Of a stretch of DNA of 64,000 nucleotides, positions 9,409-17,312 are shown piece by piece (within the stretch, counting starts at the first letter, position 1; every line of letters starts with the position of its first letter). Where the stretch lies: positions 12,829-76,828 of IMG/VR virus record IMGVR_UViG_3300034152_000419; one strand, 5' to 3'. The stretch comes from a virus. A model generated the notes under the pieces. The model saw nothing but the letters and a program-made list of their open reading frames with translations. It was not told where the DNA came from and made no database searches. Both the position numbers and the translations under genes were made by a program.

Positions 9409-10667
9409 TTTCGACGTTTTCCCTTGTCCTCTTTTTTCACGAAAACTGTGTTCTCCGCCACGACTGCAAATTGTGTGATCGTCATTTTGTTAAAATCGAA
9501 CTCGACCTCAATGACTCCCTGCTCTCCCTCACGTCCCTTGAGGATCGACAGATAACTATAAACGACGCCTTTTGCTCCCTCCCGTGTCGAGGGATTCAAT
9601 CCACAGACAATCGAGGCGAGTTTTCCGATCTCATCCGATCCGCCGATGTGATCGATTGAGCCGGACCCTTTTCGACTGAACTGATATGTCGCGATGATCG
9701 GGATCGAGAACTCGGTCCCCATCATTTTCTGATATTCCGCGACCTCCGCGATTCGTTCCCATCGTGACCTGAACCTGTCCCGTGTCCTGAGCATATATGC
9801 ACCGTCAATGTAAACACACGTCGGACGTTTCTCCTGAATCACGAGAGCGAGATCCTCAATGGTTGACTTGAGAGATCCCTGCATCACATAAAACGGATTC
9901 TCAAGTTTTTCCAGATCGGAGAGAATATTGACGACCTTTTTGACCTTAAAATGATCCGTCTGTCCGAGTCGGAGGTGTCGAACATTCACTCCTGTGTCCA
10001 GTGCGATGATCCGCCTTGCACACTGTAAAGCAGACATCTCGAAATTGACGACAAGAGGTGTCTCTCCATAACTGTGAGCATATAGAGCAGAGGCGAACAG
10101 GAGATATGATTTCCCGGTTCCCGGACGTCCGACGATTGCGACCGTGTCGGATGCTTGAGCACCATCGGAGAGATCGTCCAGATACTCAAAACCGAACGGG
10201 ACCCCGCTCATCCGGGAGGACATCTGCCGGAGTCTCTGTGCCTTTAGGACATCACGTCCGGCATCCGAGAGAGTCCTCACACTGTCCGCCGCGAACTTTT
10301 CCCTGAGTTTCAGAGCAAGTCCTGAGATCTCCTCCCTTGCCTCGTCAACAAAACCGTCGCCGATTTTCATCTGAATGGATTTCATCGTGTCGATCATCAT
10401 TTTTTCTTGATGACGATTCCTGACTCCGTCCATCCAATATCCGAGAGGTTCGTCGGGAAATGATCCGATCTTGACCTCGACCTCCCGCTCGACCGTCTCG
10501 ATGCTCGGCATTTTGCCGAATTTTATGAAATGATGACGAACATATCTGAGGACCGCGACCTCCTCCCCCTCGAACGATTCGTCGTCGATTGAGTGTTCTA
10601 TTAAAAAAGACGGAGATCGCCTCTCCTCGATCATTCGCCTGAGCAGACCCATCCCGACGGACATCAA
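9405..10667 (-). CDS. dnaB: DnaB-like replicative helicase
   Basis: GRPGTGKS, NFEMS, YIDGAY, QFSR, SD.I, KGREG. Confidence 0.85.
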   Translation of the reverse strand: MMSVGMGLLRRMIEERRSPSFLIEHSIDDESFEGEEVAVLRYVRHHFIKFGKMPSIETVEREVEVKIGSFPDEPLGYWMDGVRNRHQEKMMIDTMKSIQMKIGDGFVDEAREEISGLALKLREKFAADSVRTLSDAGRDVLKAQRLRQMSSRMSGVPFGFEYLDDLSDGAQASDTVAIVGRPGTGKSYLLFASALYAHSYGETPLVVNFEMSALQCARRIIALDTGVNVRHLRLGQTDHFKVKKVVNILSDLEKLENPFYVMQGSLKSTIEDLALVIQEKRPTCVYIDGAYMLRTRDRFRSRWERIAEVAEYQKMMGTEFSIPIIATYQFSRKGSGSIDHIGGSDEIGKLASIVCGLNPSTREGAKGVVYSYLSILKGREGEQGVIEVEFDFNKMTITQFAVVAENTVFVKKEDKGKRRK

Positions 10668-10693
10668 TCCCTCCCATGTTCAACACTGTTTGT

Positions 10694-11338
10694 TCAAAAA
10701 AGTTCAATGTCGCTTTGTCCCCGTCCCTGTCGAGTTTGAAAAACGTCACACTGAGTTTTTATCAGACGTGCAATATTTTTGCCGACGGCATTTCCGATCT
10801 CATCCCATATCCGGGGGAGTGCCTCTTTGTCAGCATTGACATCGGAGTCGAAATGGACCAGAAAAACAGTCGGAGCACCACTCGCCGCCCGATCTGATAA
10901 ATTGTTAAATATCCTTGATTCATAGTTGAAAAATTTTCGGTATTTCGTTGTCGGATAGATCCACAGGAGCAACTCATTTCGAGTGATATCGTTTGAGAAT
11001 CGTGTGACGTCGTCCTCAAAATCCCCCCGCTCAAACGGATCGACAAAATCATGAGTCGTCAGAGAGTTCGCAAATTTCAGATATGAGATGATATAGGTGA
11101 TCGGGATCAACTCATAAAAAGTCTCAAGCGTTTTTATATCATCCGAGACGATCATGATCCACGGATGGGATTCGATCTTGAGAAAAAATTTCGCGAGACT
11201 CTTGAGGATTTTCTTTTCGACCTTTTCCTCCCGCCACCCGTCGAGATTAAACCCGCACCTCTCACAGAGATGACTCGCCTTTTCAAAACGGTCCGACGGT
11301 TTTTTGATCGTCCACGGATAAAAAATTTTCATGATCAA
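10694..11338 (-). CDS. Hypothetical protein, possible degenerate helicase loader
   Basis: Between initiator-like gene and helicase; DnaC-like C-terminus but no Walker A. Confidence 0.45.
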   Translation of the reverse strand: MIMKIFYPWTIKKPSDRFEKASHLCERCGFNLDGWREEKVEKKILKSLAKFFLKIESHPWIMIVSDDIKTLETFYELIPITYIISYLKFANSLTTHDFVDPFERGDFEDDVTRFSNDITRNELLLWIYPTTKYRKFFNYESRIFNNLSDRAASGAPTVFLVHFDSDVNADKEALPRIWDEIGNAVGKNIARLIKTQCDVFQTRQGRGQSDIELF

Positions 11339-11344
11339 TCATCC

Positions 11345-12202
11345 TCATCGGTTGTCGATTATTCGATATCTGCTCGACACATAGTCCGTTCGTCTTTTTG
11401 CCTCGGATAGTGCCTCAAGGATTCTCTTTCGGTGACTGTAAACAAATGAGAACGTGAACCGGGAGGGGACGAAAAGCGGTCTTTTGAAATCATCGACCAG
11501 TGACGACCGGAGGACGTTCCATGACGAAACCAGATCACGGAAAACCTCCCTCGGATCTCGTCCCATTTCCTCACAGTCCTGTTTCATGAACATTTTTGCC
11601 TGTCTCTCAAGTTTTTTCGTCCATGCCTCCCCGGAATATTCAACATCATACTCAGCACACAGATCCCGAAAATAAGAGGTGAGCGTTTGCACTCTCAACT
11701 CTTTCCGCTTTTTATTTTTAAAATCCTTTGACTCCTCAAAACCATCCCGGACACCTTTAATATAATTTTTCAAGAGCGTCACCCCTTTTCGAGTGAATTT
11801 CGGTTTGATCAGTTTACCGAACTCCCGTGACGTCCGCTCAAGGATCTCGACGATTCTGTCAGGGATGCACGAGATGTCCTGATACAACTTTTTAATTGCA
11901 TACCAGATCGCCGGGAGATTTATCGTTATATCACAGCGACCGTCAACCCTGTCCCTGAAAAAAATCAGTCCTTGATCCCTGAGTCTCTTTTTTGCCTTGT
12001 GAATATTTTGTCGATTAAACGGGAGACCGAGTGTGATTCCCGGAATCCCCCTTTCAAATTGTTTCGCCGGAATCCTCTCCGTGAGTTTGTCGAACCGGAG
12101 TGTCCTCTCGCAGACGAACCGGAGAACAAAATAATCAGATCCAGTCCCGAATAAATGCAAATGACTTGAGATCAACCCGTTATAAGCGAATGACAGACTC
12201 AT
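11345..12202 (-). CDS. Putative replication initiator / HTH protein
   Basis: First gene of the replication operon, next to the iterons; HTH-like NRQNIHKAKKRLRDQGLI. Confidence 0.5.
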   Translation of the reverse strand: MSLSFAYNGLISSHLHLFGTGSDYFVLRFVCERTLRFDKLTERIPAKQFERGIPGITLGLPFNRQNIHKAKKRLRDQGLIFFRDRVDGRCDITINLPAIWYAIKKLYQDISCIPDRIVEILERTSREFGKLIKPKFTRKGVTLLKNYIKGVRDGFEESKDFKNKKRKELRVQTLTSYFRDLCAEYDVEYSGEAWTKKLERQAKMFMKQDCEEMGRDPREVFRDLVSSWNVLRSSLVDDFKRPLFVPSRFTFSFVYSHRKRILEALSEAKRRTDYVSSRYRIIDNR

Positions 12203-12317
12203 GATTTCCCTCCCCCCGTTTTCAGTCAAAAAATCCCCCGGTCTGCTTATGCGGACTTTGTCCGCCTTTGCTATCTCAACTTATAATCTCATATAATAAT
12301 CTATATATATAGGTGAC

Positions 12318-12400
12318 TCGCCAGCGAGACACAGCGTCTCGCCAGTGAGACACAGCGTATCGCCAGCGAGACACCCTGTCTCGCCAGCGAGACACCCCTG
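12318..12400. repeat. Four tandem 21-bp repeats (candidate iteron origin)
   Basis: TCGCCAGCGAGACACAGCGTC and variants starting at 12318, 12339, 12360, 12381; AT-rich tract at ~12281-12311. Confidence 0.8.
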
Positions 12401-12418
12401 ATCCCCCCTTTTTTCAAG

Positions 12419-12447
12419 TTGACAAGGATTTCATCCCCTGATATATT
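12419..12447 (+). promoter_or_regulatory. Sigma70-type promoter
   Basis: TTGACA-17 nt-TATATT. Confidence 0.65.
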
Positions 12448-12452
12448 CCCCA

Positions 12453-12575
12453 TAATTGAGCATCGGTTCGATGCTTGATTCCCGCAGTGACCGTCCTTGT
12501 CCTTTGCCACCATGACTCATGTCACTGCAACCCCGGACCCGGAGGGAAATCGCCGCCCCTCCGGGTTTTCTTTTT
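12453..12575 (+). ncRNA. Candidate ~120-nt structured small RNA
   Basis: Bounded by promoter and terminator; stems AGCATCG/CGATGCT and GCAGTGAC/GTCACTGC. Confidence 0.5.
12537..12575 (+). terminator. Intrinsic terminator
   Basis: ACCCGGAGGG/CCCTCCGGGT stem followed by a T-rich tail. Confidence 0.7.
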
Positions 12576-12822
12576 AATATTTCGAGAGACGACTCAGAGA
12601 CGGTTTCTTTTTCGGTTTTCTAAAATGCCGGACCCCCTCCTGATATATCCATTGAATGACTGATTCCAGATCTGAGAGATCCCGTCTGTCCCACTCTTGA
12701 GCGTTGCCCGAAAACAGATCCCCCTCACCCTGCTCGAAATGAACCTCAAGAAATGGGACGACCGTTTCAATGAGAATCCGTGCTCTGTTTTTTGTCAGAT
12801 TTATTCTCGTTGATTTTTGCAT
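12574..12822 (-). CDS. Hypothetical protein
   Basis: 82-aa ORF on the coding strand. Confidence 0.5.
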   Translation of the reverse strand: MQKSTRINLTKNRARILIETVVPFLEVHFEQGEGDLFSGNAQEWDRRDLSDLESVIQWIYQEGVRHFRKPKKKPSLSRLSKY

Positions 12823-12923
12823 ATCGACACCCGATCATTTTCCCAAAAACGAACGGAGCAAGAGGACCGAGACCGATCCCGCTCCGTTCGGATAGATTCC
12901 AGATTGACCGAAAAACGGATCGA

Positions 12924-13211
12924 CTAATTTTTGAAAAATGATTCGACAGGGATTCCCTGAAACAGGACCCCGTTGAGAACTTTGATCTCATGTGCAATCG
13001 CCTCGGATCTTTTTGCGAATGTGTCGGAGAGTCTTTTCCTCGAACCGTCGAGCATGTTCACCTCGACGAACCATTTTTGTTCATCCTCGTCGAACAGCAC
13101 ATTCGATGCACGAATGACACTGACCCGTCCCTCGGTGACAATCGGGGAGTCCTCATCATACAAGCAAAACACCTCCCCGTGTGCCGTGATCTTGAACGTC
13201 GTTGCTTTCAT
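12924..13211 (-). CDS. Small protein typical of DUF1257/DUF2997 clusters
   Basis: CLYDE...IRASNV...W...RSEAIAHE pattern. Confidence 0.6.
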   Translation of the reverse strand: MKATTFKITAHGEVFCLYDEDSPIVTEGRVSVIRASNVLFDEDEQKWFVEVNMLDGSRKRLSDTFAKRSEAIAHEIKVLNGVLFQGIPVESFFKN

Positions 13212-13237
13212 CCCTGTCCTCCGCCAGTGTCCCCCCA

Positions 13238-13253
13238 GTGCACACGTGTGCAC
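13238..13253. repeat. 16-bp palindrome, copy 3
   Basis: Perfect, intergenic. Confidence 0.85.
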
Positions 13254-13271
13254 CGGGAGGACGTTTCAGGA

Positions 13272-13466
13272 TTATTGACCGACGTGAACTCCGCCGGACC
13301 CCTCCTGATAAAATTCAGGTTTTCGTTTCTTGTCCCGGACCTCGCCGAGTGCGTTCATCGCCTTTTTCGCGAGATCCTCACACTTTCCGCCTGTGAAACC
13401 CTCAGCGTCGAACTTGACGTCCGAACCATCCGGGGAGATCGTGATTGTCAAAGTACCGTCAGACAT
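13272..13466 (-). CDS. DUF2997 family protein
   Basis: ITISPDG.V...AEGFTGGKC...LG.V...KPEFY. Confidence 0.8.
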   Translation of the reverse strand: MSDGTLTITISPDGSDVKFDAEGFTGGKCEDLAKKAMNALGEVRDKKRKPEFYQEGSGGVHVGQ

Positions 13467-13484
13467 TTACTCACCTCCTCCCAT

Positions 13485-13868
13485 TTACATTGACGCCGCA
13501 CGGAGGACGATTGAGCCGTCGTTCTGCTCGACGGTCTCCGTGACCATTCCCCCGCTCTGCGTGATCCCGTTTCGGACGACTCCGACCGCATAATCACGCA
13601 TGAGTTTTCCACCATTCGCACCGAGACGCCGAGTGATCGACGAATAGTGAGCGTCGGTGTCCAGTGCGAGACGATATGCTCCACCCTCACGGACGAGATA
13701 TCCCTGAGAGCCTCCCTGCGTGTCCCTGAGGATCGCATGAACCGGATATCCGTTCCACTGCATCCGCTCATCCCGGTTCAGATTATACTCGATCCCGTGT
13801 TGACGACACACATTTTTGAACATCGTGAGGTCCGAGATCTTGACCCCGACTTTCGCCCAAAATGACAT
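13485..13868 (-). CDS. DUF1257 (Ycf35-like) protein
   Basis: MSFW.KV..KISD...YA...E..DGSIVL; adjacent to DUF2997. Confidence 0.7.
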   Translation of the reverse strand: MSFWAKVGVKISDLTMFKNVCRQHGIEYNLNRDERMQWNGYPVHAILRDTQGGSQGYLVREGGAYRLALDTDAHYSSITRRLGANGGKLMRDYAVGVVRNGITQSGGMVTETVEQNDGSIVLRAASM

Positions 13869-13889
13869 ATTTCACCTCCGTTGTGGTTT

Positions 13890-14456
13890 TCAGTCGATCA
13901 GTTGATCGACCGGATTGTTTCTTGACTTTCGCCCGACCCTAATGTGTCGGACACCTTTTCGCAGTTCGGACCGATCCACGTCGATGAGTTCCCTCAGAGT
14001 TTCCAGAGGGAGGATCGGCATCCGTTGAATCCATTTTCGGGAGTCGTTGTCTTTTCCGAGCAGTTCCAGTGCCTCCGATTTTTTCAGAAACGAGATCTGT
14101 CCCCGGAAAAAATGATCGTCATAATCCTGATCATGATCGAACGGACGAACAGTGACCCACGGATGACCTCCGCCGTCTTTAAATCGAAAATAAAAAGAGT
14201 AATATCGAGACGGGACCCCGAATCCGCTTTGACCGAGAAAAACTTTGCCGAATTTGAGTGTCGTCTCAAACTCCGTCCACGGTTTCGCGAAATCGGTTTT
14301 CGTCGGATTCGACATGACCGGAGTGACAAGTCCGTCTGATTTCGCCTGTGAGAACGCAATCTCCTCGCCGCCGACGATAAACCAGAGCAGAAACTTTCCC
14401 GTCACGTGATCTCGGTATTTCCAGACTCCCCCGTTGTAATAAAATCGACTCGGCAT
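13890..14456 (-). CDS. Hypothetical protein
   Basis: 188 aa, RBS AGGAG, own promoter. Confidence 0.7.
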   Translation of the reverse strand: MPSRFYYNGGVWKYRDHVTGKFLLWFIVGGEEIAFSQAKSDGLVTPVMSNPTKTDFAKPWTEFETTLKFGKVFLGQSGFGVPSRYYSFYFRFKDGGGHPWVTVRPFDHDQDYDDHFFRGQISFLKKSEALELLGKDNDSRKWIQRMPILPLETLRELIDVDRSELRKGVRHIRVGRKSRNNPVDQLID

Positions 14457-14476
14457 CTTTTCACTCCTGATTAAGC

Positions 14477-14505
14477 ACTTTATATCAGATCAAATTTTTT
14501 GTCAA
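14477..14505 (-). promoter_or_regulatory. Sigma70-type promoter
   Basis: TTGACA-17 nt-TAAAGT. Confidence 0.55.
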
Positions 14506-14529
14506 TGGGATTTTTAAACCCCCGGAATT

Positions 14530-14790
14530 TCAGGACAAGTCCTCCACGATGACCCGCTTGAAATTCTTTTCCCTCGTCTCCTCGATTGCCTCGAACATGA
14601 AAAACTTTTCGCGAGGTCTCGCATAGTAGTGAACGCGATGAGCCTCGCACCACTGACGGAATCTCTCATTCAGGATCTCAATGTCGATCTGAAAATGATT
14701 CTCATCGTCACCGAACTCGGCATCCATCCAGTCGCATATATTAAAGATCTCGATCCCGTCGTGAGTTGTCTCCATCGGTTTGATCATCAT
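14530..14790 (-). CDS. Hypothetical protein
   Basis: 86 aa, RBS GGAGG, coupled to the upstream gene. Confidence 0.6.
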   Translation of the reverse strand: MMIKPMETTHDGIEIFNICDWMDAEFGDDENHFQIDIEILNERFRQWCEAHRVHYYARPREKFFMFEAIEETREKNFKRVIVEDLS

Positions 14791-15035
14791 TCCTGTCCTC
14801 CCCAGTCCTCGACCTTATAGTCCCACGGTTCGGAGACGGTTTCTTTTTTGCCACAACAAACACAGGTGAGAGTCCACTCAACCGGAGGACGTGTCGGACC
14901 CATATTGACCGAGACTCCGGTTCGCTCGAAATGACGAGCACCACACTCGCACCGATATCCGCGATTGATGAAAGTGTTTCCACTGTCATGATTTTTGAGG
15001 ATCTCGACCTTTTCCGTGATGATATGTGTCAGCAT
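14787..15035 (-). CDS. Small Zn-ribbon-like protein
   Basis: CEC...CVCC; RBS GAGGGAG. Confidence 0.55.
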   Translation of the reverse strand: MLTHIITEKVEILKNHDSGNTFINRGYRCECGARHFERTGVSVNMGPTRPPVEWTLTCVCCGKKETVSEPWDYKVEDWGGQE

Positions 15036-15096
15036 TTTGTGTCTCCCTCGTTTGAGTGTCTGATCTATCGTCTCACACCTAAAATTTTTTGTCAAG

Positions 15097-15846
15097 TTAA
15101 AATTCAACCTTTGTCCATTTTTTCGGAGTTCCCGCCGGGACATTATATCCTCGCTCGAACAGTGACATCGGAGTCGGACGATCTGCATGACCTGTCACAC
15201 TGCCGTCGGTCCAGAGCACCGCATAAGACCGGGACCCGCGAGTCGTTCCCGTATAGGTGACTGACTCATACAGAGCAATTTCACCCGCGACAGCGACCAG
15301 ATCATAAGGATTGATTCCACGGTTGACTGTCTGAGGAAACCTGATCCGAACCATCTCGTGACGGATGCACCATTCACCATGATCGGGATGCTCGCGGTCG
15401 AACACGTCGATGATCACGTGAGTCTCGTCTTTGAGTTCGGAATTTTCTTTCGCGTTCGCGACAGCGTTCTTGAAAGCATCGTCCTCGGTCTCACCCTCGA
15501 CGATCTGATTGACATAGTGCTCATCCTCGTCGCCGACCCGGATCTCAGCATAATATCTCGGAGTCTCGAACTCGACAAAGTATCTGACCGGACGACCCGT
15601 CGATGAGAAAACGTGTCCGCAGTTCCCGTCGTGAATCGTCAGACGACCGTGTCTCTCGACTTTCGCTCCGCCGCCCAGTTTGACCCACATCTTTTTGAAC
15701 TTGACCGAATAAACATCGTCACCCAGTTTTTCGAGGATGACCAGAGTCTTTCGGGTTTCGCGTTCCGCCGGGACGTGTCCGTGATTCGCATAAATATTTT
15801 TTCGAGTTGCTTTGACTTTGATTTCCTGTCCGATTGTGAGTTCCAT
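15097..15846 (-). CDS. Hypothetical protein (first gene of the sigma54-type operon)
   Basis: RBS GAGGGGGA, ATG 15846. Confidence 0.7.
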   Translation of the reverse strand: MELTIGQEIKVKATRKNIYANHGHVPAERETRKTLVILEKLGDDVYSVKFKKMWVKLGGGAKVERHGRLTIHDGNCGHVFSSTGRPVRYFVEFETPRYYAEIRVGDEDEHYVNQIVEGETEDDAFKNAVANAKENSELKDETHVIIDVFDREHPDHGEWCIRHEMVRIRFPQTVNRGINPYDLVAVAGEIALYESVTYTGTTRGSRSYAVLWTDGSVTGHADRPTPMSLFERGYNVPAGTPKKWTKVEF

Positions 15847-15883
15847 TTTTTGTCCCCCTCGCGTTGTGTTTGACGATATATAG

Positions 15884-15899
15884 TGCAATCATCATGCCA
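15884..15899 (-). promoter_or_regulatory. Sigma54 (-24/-12) promoter, copy 2
   Basis: TGGCATGATGATTGCA; the surrounding ~170 bp resembles 130-302. Confidence 0.7.
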
Positions 15900-16044
15900 C
15901 ACGTCACGACTTTTTTCAATTTTATTTACGAGGGATTTCGGTGAGTTATGAGGTGAGGACTTTTTTCAAGAATAGATCGGGAGCAAAAGTGACGCAATTT
16001 GCGGGAAAAGTGACAATTTTCGTCAAAACGAATCCGGGACCCCA

Positions 16045-16060
16045 GTGCACACGTGTGCAA
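16045..16060. repeat. 16-bp palindrome, copy 4 (15/16)
   Basis: GTGCACACGTGTGCAA, intergenic. Confidence 0.8.
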
Positions 16061-16124
16061 CCGAGATCCCGGTTCGTGAAATGGAGTGAAAGATGCGACC
16101 TGAGCGTGTCAGGTTATCCTTATA

Positions 16125-16892
16125 TTACTTGATCGGGAGCAGTTCGTCAAGATCTGTCGCCTCCTCCCTGTGATTCCGGGGGAGTTTTGCATCCGCATCG
16201 TGCTCAAGTTCGGGATATCTCCCCGCGAGGACCCCCTCCGGTTGAGCATAATCACTGACTCCCGCGAATGTGTCTGTCGCCAGTCTGACCGGATTCTTTT
16301 CCTCGATATCGGAGATCTCCTGAATTTTCTCAAGGCATCTGAGATCCTCTTTCGTGACCTTTTCAGTATCGAGTCCGAGTGCTCTCCTGTGTCTCTGCAA
16401 ATGGTTTATGACCTCCTGAGATGCACGTTGACCGGATCTCGCGCCTTGAGCCGCCGCCCATGCCGCATTGAGTCCGCCTCGATGGAGATACATATCCCCG
16501 GACGAATAAACCCCCATGTCGTTGAGTTCCCCTCCGTTTCGGACCCAGTGATGGGGATAGGACCACGTCGATTTTTTCTCCGGGTCCGTTCCGGGATCTT
16601 GCCACACAAACGCTCGATATGGGAGTTTCGTCTTGTCCACGGTTCCCCATCCCGGTTCACCGTCCTCGACGTTCGAGTTGTGGTTCAGTGCCTTTTCCCG
16701 GATCGGAGTGACGCTCGGTTTGTTGATCGGGAGGATTGCATCTATCGAATCCCATTTTGAGGCATCCGACCTGAATGTGTCATAGCAGATCGCGAGTGCC
16801 GTGTTTTGATCATATTCGTCCCCGATCTCCCCCATGCACCGGGAGACGAACTCACTTTCCGTTTCGCCTGATCTCGGTTTCGGAATCGGCAT
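16125..16892 (-). CDS. Head-associated hypothetical protein
   Basis: MPIPKP..GE...FVSRCM...A.AIC N-terminal motif and a PHH...GL.AA...HL..H domain, both recalled from phage head proteins. Confidence 0.6.
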   Translation of the reverse strand: MPIPKPRSGETESEFVSRCMGEIGDEYDQNTALAICYDTFRSDASKWDSIDAILPINKPSVTPIREKALNHNSNVEDGEPGWGTVDKTKLPYRAFVWQDPGTDPEKKSTWSYPHHWVRNGGELNDMGVYSSGDMYLHRGGLNAAWAAAQGARSGQRASQEVINHLQRHRRALGLDTEKVTKEDLRCLEKIQEISDIEEKNPVRLATDTFAGVSDYAQPEGVLAGRYPELEHDADAKLPRNHREEATDLDELLPIK

Positions 16893-17021
16893 TTTCTGTC
16901 CCTCCCTTTTCCGTCTTTTCGATGTCCTCTTTCGAGTAAACATCGGGCCAATCATCGAACTCACCGTCAAGAACGACGACATCGCCTGTGTCGGGTTTTG
17001 AGTAATCAATATCAGTCGTTT

Positions 17022-17294
17022 TCATTTTTCCTCTTTCACATCGCTCGCCCGGATCGACGACCCGGAGAACTCAAATTTGAGATTTTTCAAAAATAGCAGA
17101 GGATCGGATCCGTCGGGAAACATCTGACGGTTTGAGTTTTCCTCCACCTCTATGACACCGAATGTTTCCAGAGATTCGATTATATACTCATCGAGATCCT
17201 CTCCATATTTAATTTTTGATTTCTTTCCCTCCTCGTCAAGATAGATTCGACCGAGTGATTTATTATTTGAGTCTGTAAATTCAACATATCGCAT
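17022..17294 (-). CDS. Candidate immunity protein for the MuF toxin
   Basis: 90 aa, AT-rich, directly downstream of the MuF gene; function inferred from position only. Confidence 0.5.
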   Translation of the reverse strand: MRYVEFTDSNNKSLGRIYLDEEGKKSKIKYGEDLDEYIIESLETFGVIEVEENSNRQMFPDGSDPLLFLKNLKFEFSGSSIRASDVKEEK

Positions 17295-17312
17295 TTTCGA
17301 TCTCTCCTCAAC

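Noticed and set aside
12318-12400. CRISPR array
   Set aside because: Repeats are contiguous 21-mers with no unique spacers and no cas operon.
12301-12513. 70-aa ORF with VSLA repeats
   Set aside because: It is a translation of the iterons and the antisense strand of the candidate sRNA; no clear RBS.
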